Assembly (NCBI RefSeq): GCF_000281045.1 | Contig: NW_008246070.1 | Coordinates: 313,614 to 333,613 of the forward strand | DNA: 20,000 nucleotides | DNA from: Saprolegnia diclina VS20 | Lineage: Eukaryota | Direction of reading: 5' to 3' | In this document: in pieces, positions 10,896 through 20,000 of the stretch | Numbering within the stretch: the first letter of the stretch is position 1 | How the letters are laid out: the number at the start of each line of letters is the position of its first letter | Notes under the pieces: generated by a model | Seen by the model: only the letters and a program-made list of their open reading frames with translations | Databases searched by the model: none | Told to the model about the DNA's origin: nothing | Made by a program: the position numbers and the translations under genes

Positions 10896-11681
10896 GGCTT
10901 CGTGATGGGAGGTTGAGGGAAGTTGACACTGGCCAGCCCACGCGAGGACCTTCCGGATACCCGGCCGTAGTTCTTTTTTGAGCCACATACAAACACCAAG
11001 CTGCAACCCGACCGACCTTGCTCGCCGCCACTCCGTATCCGGATGCGCTGTGAGTGATTGTCGGATTGCTCGCTCGTCCCAGCTTCGCTTCGAGGCGCAC
11101 AAGCCCAAGCCCAAGCCGCGGACAGCAGGCAGTGCTACCAGTTCTGGGGCTCTACGCGCATATGGCTGCTTTGCTCTGCAGCCTTTGCTAATACTCTGGC
11201 ATTCTTATACGCAGTGCTGGCGGGCGGACAGTGCATGTGCTTGGCTCGCATTGCTTCCTGCACCGACGAGCTTGCAAGCTACGGAATGAATATAGCTGCT
11301 CGATAGCTAAATGGTAGCTAGCCTACTAGCCACCTGCGAGTCCGAGACTGCTCGTAGTACCGTCGACCTGCAGCGCTAGCTCCACTAGCCAACACCATTT
11401 GGCTTGTGTGCTGGTGCGCGAGAGATGCGGCAACGGAGTACGACGGCGAGAGAGCTCTGACTCGTCGCCGTACGTCTTTAGCTGGGAGAGAGTTGGTTCA
11501 TCGAGACTCTATCAATGTATCACGTGGCGCGACCGGCTGGCCTTTTTGCGATCTTCGGGGGTGGCGGCTCCAAAGTCCGAAACTAATGTGTTAAAAAGGA
11601 CTTGCCTAATTAGGTAGCAGCTGGCCGTGAGCGTGCTGTCTTCCAAAGCACAAGAGTCAGCACTGTCGCGACGACGACACG

Positions 11682-13253
11682 ATGGCGGGCTTGAACCTGG
11701 ACCAATTGACGATGGAGCTGCTGCCGGAAGATGACGATCTGCTGAGTTACTTCCTCTCGTCAGACGTCGCTACAGAGGAGCGTATCGGCGACCTCTCGCT
11801 CAACCCGTCGGGCGTGGCCATGGACCACGCGGCCTTGGGCCGCTCCGACGCTGGCGCGGCCTCGGCATACGGCTACGGCAGCTCGATTCACGGCGACCAG
11901 CCGTCGTCCTTCCGGTCCCACCACCCGTCGTCCAACATGGACACGGCGAGCACGGCCTCGGGCGACTATGATGGCCCGGACTCGCCTACCGGCGGCGACA
12001 ACGACCTCGACACTGACGACGACAAGCGCCAGCGCCGGTATGCTTGCGCGAGATGCAGTTGCATAGCAACGTCACGTGCCCATGTAGGCTGGCTCGGAAC
12101 CGCGAGTCGGCGCGCCAAAGCCGCCGTCGCAAGAAACAGTACTTGGAGCTATTGGAAGAGAAGGTTTTTCTTGCTGCTGCTGCGTTGGCGCCGAGTGGCT
12201 GACGCGCATGATCGTAATGTAGGTAGCGCAGCTCACGGAGGAGATCGACGCGACGCGTGGCGAGCACTTGGAGTCGGCCGACAAGACGCTCTCGACGCTC
12301 AAGTCGCAGATGGTCTTGTCGCTCTACGAAAAGCTGTCGTCGCTACCGCCCATGGCGTCGCTGGTACGTCCCTGCGCCATCCTACACGATAGACGAACCA
12401 ACAAGCATGTAGGGACCCGAGCTCACGGACGAGTTGCGCAGCGGTGTCAAGATCATGCAGGAGCGCTACGGCCCGCACTCGGAGGTACGGGCAATCATGC
12501 TAGTCGGTGGCGATGCGCAACATGGCACTAGGAACGCCGCGCCGTTGTCAACTACCATTTCCAGCAGCTCGACAACCTGCTCCTTCCGCCCTACACGCGC
12601 TTCCTTCTCTGGATGAGCATCCAAGTACACGCTATCTCATGCCAACGTTGCGCCGCTCACGGGCCAGTGTAGGACGAGGCGTTCTTCTCCAAGATCCAGC
12701 CGGCGGTGGCAGCGGCGACCAAAAAGTCGTCGGAGAGCGACCGCAAGGACAGCAGCGCCAAGAAGGACACGCTCTGGGCCGCGCTCTCGTCCGAACTCGG
12801 CATGACGTACGAGCAAGAAGAGAAGATCAAGAGCCACTACAAGTACACCGCTCGCAATGAATCGGTCTCTAGGATGGTCTCTGTAGGTCGACCGACTCGA
12901 AGACGGCCAAGGCCGAGCGGCGCAAGATCGCCATGGCAGTGACGTATCTGAACCAGCTCAAGCAAAACATGGAGGAGCGGTCGGCCGCGGTGCAGACGCA
13001 CGCGAACGCGATCTCGTCCATCTTGACGCCGGAGCAGTCGATCCGGTACCAGCAGTGGGTGTCGCAGAACCGGGACAAGTACCGCGCGTCGCTGAAAGAG
13101 AAGAGCGTGCACTTTGCGAACGCGCCGACCGTCGACCCGGACGGGAAGATCTCGACCATTCTGCGCAAGCCGGACCAGGACCTCACGGTCGAAGACGTCA
13201 CGGTGCTGCTCTCGACGCTCTCCAAGCAGCATGCTACGCAGCAGGATGCATGA
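11682..13253 (+). CDS. bZIP transcription factor, ~424 aa, 7 exons
   Basis: Spliced basic region and zipper KRQRRLARNRESARQSRRRKKQYLELLEEKVAQLTEEIDA (canonical N-x7-R). Introns 12038-12087, 12164-12222, 12364-12412, 12485-12531, 12625-12672, 12843-12886 keep the frame open to TGA 13251-13253. Confidence 0.88.
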
Positions 13254-13471
13254 AGACGACATGTAGCTAGTAGTTTCTCAATCGGCAAAAATCTGTATCT
13301 GCTTGGACAATTACGGATCATGACCAGCATCGTCAGGATGCTTTCAGTTGATGGGACCGTCGTGGCACCCCCTTTTCTCACGGAATGGCCGTTTTCCGCG
13401 TCAAATCTCGTGCGGAGAAGAAGGTCGTTTCGGCAGGAGCGGTCCAGAGCCGAATTTAGACGACGCCCAAC

Positions 13472-16400
13472 ATGGACGTCGAGACGTCGCATGGGCGCAG
13501 CGCGTCGATGCTTCCGCCGGCGCCGATGAGCGACCCAGCCAACTGCGAAGTCCACACACTCCTGGCGATGGACCCGAAGGAAGAGGCGCTCGCGGTACAT
13601 GTGCGATCGCTCTTGCGCGAGACAGACGCAGACGTCGCTGGCTACCAAGCGCTGCGAGACATTTGTCTCCAGACGCTCCAGCCCAACGCGCTTCCGTCGG
13701 CGCAGGTCGCGCACCACCACATGCCCATCACGTCGACAGCGCTCGCGAACGCGGCCCAAGCATCGGAAGAAAGCTCGGTGATTCAGGCCCAGAAGAGCCC
13801 CGTGGCCGGCAAAAGCAAGCACAACTACACACTATGGCGGTCGTCCAAGGCGAAAGAAGAGACCGAGCCGACCGACGACACTACTTCGCTGCAACAGGCG
13901 CCCATCTCGGACCTCATTGTCGTCTTCAGTGGCGACATTACGCCCGAAGACTTTGAAAAGGTACTTCTGCAATAGTATCAACTGTGTAGCAACGTCGGCT
14001 AGATTGATAAGTCCCCGAGTGGGATCAAGGCCGACTTTAACCGGGGCCGGCGCGGCCAGTTCGTGTACCTCTGCCTCAAGCGCGATGCAGGATCGCTCGC
14101 CATTGGCTCCAAGCGGCCACCGATCAGCGAAGTCCTTTTGCTCTACCCCGAGAAAGGCGAAACGCTGCCACCCAACTACGAGTACGTGCTGCGGAGGGGC
14201 GTGCCCGCCAACCTCCACGCGGTACGCTTCCATACCGCCGACCATGATCGGTGCGATCTGTATGTCACAGGGCGTGAGCAGCGAGAAGCTCTACCTGTGC
14301 TACAAGCGGTCGGCCACGTCGTACCTCACCGACATTGCGCTCATCGTGCCCAAAAAGGGAGAGAAGGTCCCGTACGGGTACGTGCCTCGTACCGAGCTCG
14401 ATACGAGGACGCTCGCATTGTCCGTGTAGCTACATGAAGATTGACAAGTCGCTCACGGGCCAGTCGTTCGTCGACAGTTCGTCCAATATGGAGGTTGCGC
14501 TTTGCTATCGAAAGCAGGTTTGCAGCGACGACGCGGCAGCACTGTAGTCACCGTCTGTAGATTGGGCTGCTCGAAACCTCCAAGCCGCTGTGGTGGCAAG
14601 CGACGATGATGGACGTTGTCTCGAAAGAGAAGGGGCCAATGCTCCAGGGTACAAATACGAGGTGCAAAATGACGCTCATCGTTGACGCTAGACGTCCCGA
14701 GTGCAACTGCCAAGGACACGGAAGTGCGGACCGAGTCACCGACGACTGACGAGCCAAGTAGCAGCCCGTTCCTGCTTACGACGGGTGCCACCACCGACAC
14801 GGACCTCCTCGTCGCGACCAAGTACCTCTACCCGCTCTTGTATGCGTGCCACGTACGCCACGGGACCGTCGCCCTGCACGCCCTCAAGGCGCTCGAAACC
14901 TGCCTCACGAGTGCGTTTGTTCGCACCAACTTGTACAAGGGCGACGCGACGCTGCTCCTCACGCTCGCGCAAACCGTCAACACGAGCTGCCAACAAGCAG
15001 TGCGCGACCGGCTACCGACGGCGATGGCCATTTTTGCGAGCGTACGCGTCTTCTGCGCACGAGAACGTCACCGTGTGTAGGTGATTGACGCCGAAGAGGC
15101 GTCCCTGAGCCCTCTCGTGCTGCACGAGTGCCTCAAAGCGCTTCTCTTCATCAACGACTTGGACGACGGCAGCGCCAAAACGACGTTGGAAGTCCTCATC
15201 CACCGCATCATGGACGGGCTTCCCGACTCGAGCGACAAGTCCATCGCTGACGCACCTCTGCCCGCAAGCAGTAGCATCGACATGGGCATGGCGTCGCTTG
15301 TCATGTCCCTCGCCGACGACGTCGTGACGTCCGTCGAAGTAGCGCGCGTGAATGAAACCGCCTTGAACATCTGCAAGGTACGCGCACCGACACCGATTCG
15401 CAGTCGACATGCCCCACACAGGGCCACGCGTCGATCTACTCGACGGGCTACTGCCAGGAGCTGCAGGCTTGTATCGCACCCGTGCTGCCCTCCAACGTAA
15501 GCGCCGGAATGCGTGTTGCTGGTACAAGCAACGTGCGTAGGCCGCGTGCTTGGCCTACCACTTGCTGGCGACCTTGTCCAAGTACGCGATGAAGCGCAAC
15601 TGCTCGGGGGCCGACGACGTCGACTGCGCGTCGATCCGCAACACGCTGCAGCTGCTGGATACAGCGCTCGTCGCGGGGGCCAAGGCGTTTAAAGAGCACG
15701 CGTTCTTCGGGCAGCAGGTTCGGCGGTTTGTCACGTCGGTCGTGCATACGGCCGTCGTCGTGTGGTCGGAACAGGTCCTGAGCGCGTGTTTGCGCTTGGT
15801 GTCGACGCTGTGGAACCACTACCGGCGCCACCTCAAGATTGAGCTCGCGCTCCTCTTTGAGAATGTGTTTTTGCGCATCTTGCGCACACCGTCGTCGGTG
15901 GCCGGCAGCTACCAACGGCTCGTGCTGCAAGAGCTCACACCGTGGTTTCAGCTGCCGCACAACGTGATTGAGATCTTTCTCAACTTCGACATGGACCGCC
16001 AGTTTGTGCAGCAGTGGAAGGTCTTCGAGCAGTTTTGCGCCGTCTTGTGCGCCATCACCGAAGCGGCGTGCGCGACCGCCGACGACGCCGACGAGCACGC
16101 ACCACCGATCGGGGTTGGCCCCTGCATCGTCCTATGGTCCTAATCGACGACGTGTGTAGGAGCATGCGATGGCGACGCTCCTCGCGATCCTCCGGAGCCT
16201 CATGGACGCGAGCGGCCACGCGCACTTGATCCTCTCCAACGACCGGACGCGCATTTTGTCGATGGCCAAGGGTGGGTGGGAGCTCGACGAGTCGAGCGAG
16301 CCGGCCGAAGAGGCGCCGACACTCACGGAAGCGCTGCCCGGCATTCTCTCGCGCAAGAGCTCGTGCAGCGACAAGAGCCGCGACAGCAAGCTCGGGTCGG

Positions 16401-18154
16401 CGTACGGCTCGACCGTGCGCGAGCGCAACGAGATGCAAAAGCAAAGCCAGCAGCTGCTCAAGCGCGGCATGGAGATCGCAGAGACCAAGAGCTTCAAGAA
16501 AGCACTCGAGTACCTCATCGCCATGGGCCTCATCAAGGAGACGCCGCGCGACATTACGTCGTTTCTGCGCATCTACCACACGTTTTTTGACGAGAGCGAC
16601 ATTGGCGACTACCTCGGCGAAGGCGACGAAGAGTTCAAGCTGCACGTGCGCCTGACGTATGCGCGCGCCATCTCGTTCACGGGCATGACGCTCGTCGAGG
16701 CGCTCCGACACTACCTCACGAACGGCGGCTTCAAGCTCCCGGGCGAAGCGCAGAAGATCGCGCGCATGGTCGAAGCGTTCGCGCAGTGCTACTACGACGA
16801 CACACACGGCGCGTCCTTTGGGAGCTCGGATACGATCATGATCCTCGCCTACTCGATCATTATGCTCAACACGGACCTCCACAACCCCCAAGTCAAGAAG
16901 AACAAGATGTCCAAGGACCAGTTTGTCAAGAACAACCGCGGGATTGACAACGGGAACGACGTGCCCAAAGCGCTTCTCGAAGACATTTACGACGACATTC
17001 AAAGCACGCCGATCCAGCTCAAAGGACTCGCGTACACGATGGCCAAGCGCGATAGCAGTCGCAACGCTGACGCCGAAGTCGACAAGTTCCACGTGACGCT
17101 CTCGAAATCTGTGACGCAGTCGGAAGACCTCACAAAGGACCTCGCGTTCTCCAAGTACACGTTCCACTTTTTTGGTGTCGACGCGAGCATTAGCCCCGAC
17201 TTGGTCAAGATCTTGTTCGAGCGCGTCTGGTTTCACTTTTTGGCGCTTTCGACGACGATTCTGAGCAACCACCAAGCGGACGTGGCGATCGTGCTCCAGT
17301 GCCTCGATCTGCTGCGCTACTGCATCTCGACGAGCCTCTTTCTCGAGATGCCCACGGAGCGCCAAGCGTTCTCCAACCAACTCACGAAGATCAAGACGTC
17401 GGCGTTCGTCAAGGAACCGAGCAGTGCGGCCGCGCCGCTCTCGCCATCGCATGCGAGTGGCGACGGCGAGCCCGACTGGCTCACGACGATCGAGAAGAAC
17501 GCGGCGACGGCCGACCCGTGGACGGTCATTGGCGACATTCACGTGTACGTCAACAAGCTCAAAGAGTCGATCGAGAAGCGCAAGACGGTCGAGACGCTGA
17601 CGTCGGTCGTGAAGCGCATCAACCACAGCCAAGCGTATCTGCACGACACGACGCACTTTGTGCGCGAAGGCGATTTGACCAAGCGCTGCCGCACTGGCCG
17701 CAACCGTCTCTACCGCTTCTTCCTCTTCAACGACCAGCTCCTGTACGCCGACAAGTCGAGCATTTCGGGCAACTGGAATGCGCACCAGTCGCTGCGCCTG
17801 CGCCTCACGCGGCTCGCCGACATCCCCGACAGCCTCCTCCTCCGCCACGCGTTTCAGATTCTCAACCCGGTCAAGACCTTTACGGTCCTCGCCGAGAGCG
17901 CGGCGGCCAAGGCCGAGTGGATGTGGGCCATCGAAGAAGCCATTGGCGAGGCCAACAAGAAGACGAACCGTATCGCGCGCCGCCTCACGCACCACCACGG
18001 CAAGAAGCGCGAGCACAACAACTTGATTGCAGAGGCGGCCAAGGCGGCGACGCCCGACGCCGAGTTGCCACTTGCCGCTGTCGACGTCAAGGGTGGTAGC
18101 ACCGAGAGCGTCGAGACGGCGCACCAGCTCTGGCTCTTCCAAGTCCAAGTGTAG
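13472..18154 (+). CDS. Sec7-family Arf guanine nucleotide exchange factor with MABP, DCB/HUS-like, Sec7 and PH domains, ~1426 aa, 10 exons
   Basis: Sec7 motifs IGDYLGE, FKLPGEAQKIARMVEAFA and LAYSIIMLNTDLHNPQVK; HUS-box-like IFLNFDMD; C-terminal PH domain. Introns 13961-14002, 14222-14270, 14378-14429, 14518-14560, 14649-14691, 15042-15080, 15378-15421, 15497-15540, 16114-16159 give one continuous frame from ATG 13472. Confidence 0.87.
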
Positions 18155-18222
18155 GCTCCACTCCATACATAGCTGCATTCATTGCGTGTCACATATTCGA
18201 GTCGCATCGCACCTCGGGAAGG

Positions 18223-19065
18223 CTACATGCGACGGTGGTCCAGGGCCGGCAGCTTTGCGCGCGTGCTATGGATCACGTCTAGGTCGACGTCGCCGAGCAC
18301 AAAGCCTTCGCCTTCGCGCAGCTCGGAGATGACTTGTCCCCACGGATCGATGAGCATCGACTGCCCCCACGTGCGCCGACCGTTCTCGTGGACTCCGCCT
18401 TGGGCGGACGCGAGCACGTAGCATTGGTTCTCGATCGCACGCGCCCGGAGGAGGATCTCCCAGTGCGCTTCGCCCGTCACATGCGTAAAGGCTGCGGGCA
18501 CGACCGCTAGGGCAAGCGGTCCCATGGCGCGGTAAAACTCGGGGAAGCGCAGGTCATAGCAGACTGAGAGGCCGACGCGACCACACGGGAGGTCCACGAC
18601 AGGGACCTGCGTCGTGGGACCAGCGACGATCGTGCGCGCCTCGTCAAAGGCCGCTTGGTTGCCGCCAGGCGTGAAGCCAAAGAGATGCACCTTGTCGTAG
18701 CGGCCAACGACGTCGCCGCTTGGGCTGTACACGAGCATCGTGTTGAGCACCTTGGTGGCGTCGCTCGGACACTCGAGCGGAATCGTGCCGCCGATGAGCC
18801 AGATCTGGTGCTGCTGCGCGAGCTCACGCATGCAGTGCTGCATGGGCTGCTTGGTCGCGACCGGCGACGCCGTCAGCGCCTCGCGCAGGCCGACCTTGTC
18901 CGTCTCGTGGCGACCGAGGATGCCCCAGTACTCGGGCAGCACGACGATGGACGCACCCGCAGCCGCGGCTTCGCCCACAATGCGGCGGACAGCGGCCATG
19001 TTGGGCGGCAGCGTCGCGCGCGAGACGAGCTGGACCGCAGCGACCGCCACCTTCGTCGCTGCCAT
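18223..19065 (-). CDS. Carbon-nitrogen hydrolase, Nit1/YbeM-type (deaminated glutathione amidase-like), ~280 aa, intronless
   Basis: Catalytic triad motifs LPEY (Glu), YDKVHLF (Lys) and VCYDLRFPE (Cys). Nit-branch motifs VPAAFT..TG.AHWEILLRARAIENQCYV and GRRTWGQSMLIDPWG. First ATG at 19065. Confidence 0.92.
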   Translation of the reverse strand: MAATKVAVAAVQLVSRATLPPNMAAVRRIVGEAAAAGASIVVLPEYWGILGRHETDKVGLREALTASPVATKQPMQHCMRELAQQHQIWLIGGTIPLECPSDATKVLNTMLVYSPSGDVVGRYDKVHLFGFTPGGNQAAFDEARTIVAGPTTQVPVVDLPCGRVGLSVCYDLRFPEFYRAMGPLALAVVPAAFTHVTGEAHWEILLRARAIENQCYVLASAQGGVHENGRRTWGQSMLIDPWGQVISELREGEGFVLGDVDLDVIHSTRAKLPALDHRRM

Positions 19066-19368
19066 CGTTGACGTCACGTGGATAAGATATTCCCTCCCAG
19101 GCGGTACCAGCAATAGAGCACGGGCATTGGCTATAATTTGCTCTTCGAGCTCTGGTATTGGCTGATTTTCAGCGCGCAGTCACGAAGTCGGTCGCAGGTC
19201 GACATTAGTCGGTCGCTAGTCGGTTGTCATGACGTTGTTGCGAGGAAGTTTGAAGATTGTCGCGAGAAAGTTGCTAGTTCCTTTCGTAGTTTCTTCTATT
19301 ACCATGACAACGATTCACACCTATCTAACCAACTAAACGACTAACTATTGACTACCTATCTGTCGACT

Positions 19369-20000
19369 CTAACGCTTCTTTTTCCTAAATACACCACCTA
19401 ACCCGCGTGTCGCCTCGAGGTCGCGGATGCGCCGGTCGCGCTGCAGCATCATGGCCGCATACTCCTGGCTTCGCACCCGGACCTCGTGCTCGTGTCTCGT
19501 TTCAAGGACGCTGGTGGCCACCGCGTGGGCTTGAACGTCGGCTTGGCGGTTCGCGTTGGCGGTGTCGAGAGCGATCTGCAGCGTCCGGATCTGGTCTTGC
19601 AGCTTGCGCTGCTGGACGTCGCGGATGATCAGCTGCGATATTCTTGCTGCGTGCGCTCTTGCACGCCAGACGTCNNNNNNNNNNNNNNNNNNNNNNNNNN
19701 NNNNNNNNNNNNNNNNNNNNNNNNNNNNNNNNNNNNNNNNNNNNNNNNNNNNNNNNNNNNNNNNNNNNNNNNNNGCACCCGGACCTCGTGCTCGTGTCTT
19801 GATTCGAGGACGCTGGTGGCCACCGCGTGGGCTTGAATGTCGGCTTGGCGGTTCGCGTTGGCGGTGTCGAGAGCGATCTGCAGCGTCCGGATCTGGCCTT
19901 GCAGCTTGCGCTGCTGGACGTCGCGGACGATCAGCTGCGATATTCTTGCTGCGTGCGCTCTTGCACGCCAGACGTCGGCGTCGGCGAGGTGCGCGGCGGC
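19369..20000 (-). CDS. 3' end of a predicted coiled-coil hypothetical protein, partial and interrupted by an assembly gap
   Basis: The minus-strand frame reads AAAHLADADVWRARAHAARISQLIVRDVQQRKLQGQIRTLQIALDTANANRQADIQAH...EHEVRV, and in the other copy continues RSQEYAAMMLQRDRRIRDLEATRGLGGVFRKKR to TAG at 19371-19369. Heptad-like, followed by AT-richer sequence. This frame is only fragmentarily captured in the ORF track. Confidence 0.55.
   Translation of the reverse strand, partial: RRAPRRRRRLACKSARSKNIAADRPRRPAAQAARPDPDAADRSRHRQREPPSRHSSPRGGHQRPRIKTRARGPGXXXXXXXXXXXXXXXXXXXXXXXXXXXXXXXXXXDVWRARAHAARISQLIIRDVQQRKLQDQIRTLQIALDTANANRQADVQAHAVATSVLETRHEHEVRVRSQEYAAMMLQRDRRIRDLEATRGLGGVFRKKKR
19473..19976. 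repeat. 202-bp direct duplication (19473-19674 and 19775-19976) flanking a 100-N scaffold gap
   Basis: The two copies align without indels and differ at 6 positions. The first copy ends and the second begins exactly at the gap edges. Confidence 0.95.
19675..19774. other. Assembly gap (100 N, conventional unknown-size gap)
   Basis: Run of 100 N. Confidence 1.

Noticed and set aside
10896..11114. In-frame N-terminal extension of cullin in the ORF track, including a short AAGCCC repeat near 11101-11117
   Set aside because: It begins at a non-ATG codon. Cullin similarity starts at MASKPLIELEQGW (10895), so this is probably 5' UTR or promoter.
16055..18178. 707-aa minus-strand ORF opposite the Sec7/PH exon
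   Set aside because: Antisense shadow of a GC3-rich coding exon. The translation is Arg/Leu/Val-rich with no recognisable motif.
19320..19368. CTAAC/CTAT-rich low-complexity run resembling telomeric or branch-point repeats
   Set aside because: Short and irregular, and it lies just past the stop of the coiled-coil gene. Best read as 3' UTR composition.
19473..19976. Possible LTR, CRISPR or mobile-element direct repeat
   Set aside because: Only two copies, bounded by an assembly gap and coding in one frame. No TG..CA ends, target duplication, spacers or transposase.
1..20000. A prokaryote-style operon, defence island, retron or CRISPR system
   Set aside because: The genes are intron-containing eukaryotic housekeeping genes in mixed orientation. 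No RT, nuclease, integrase, array or structured RNA gene was recognisable.

Overview
Gene-dense, GC-rich eukaryotic DNA, most likely an oomycete of the Saprolegnia/Achlya type. The evidence is about 31 hand-modelled GT-AG introns of 39-59 nt, a perfect oomycete INR+FPR core promoter element and an elicitin-like gene. Eleven coding regions are supported: the 3' part of a CaiB/BaiF family III CoA-transferase, a disordered hypothetical protein, a tandem two-domain elicitin-like protein, methylglutaconyl-CoA hydratase (AUH), an XRRA1-like LRR protein, UTP18, cullin-1, a bZIP factor, a large Arf-GEF, an intronless Nit1-type C-N hydrolase, and the 3' end of a coiled-coil gene interrupted by a 100-N gap with a duplicated flank. 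No mobile element, RNA gene, CRISPR array or prokaryote-style multi-gene system is visible. The most unusual items are the Arf-GEF architecture (MABP beta-prism + DCB/HUS + Sec7 + FGD/phafin-type PH), the proteobacterial-looking nitrilase (horizontal transfer candidate) and the double elicitin with non-canonical Cys spacing. All family calls come from motif recognition by eye; no database searches were run.
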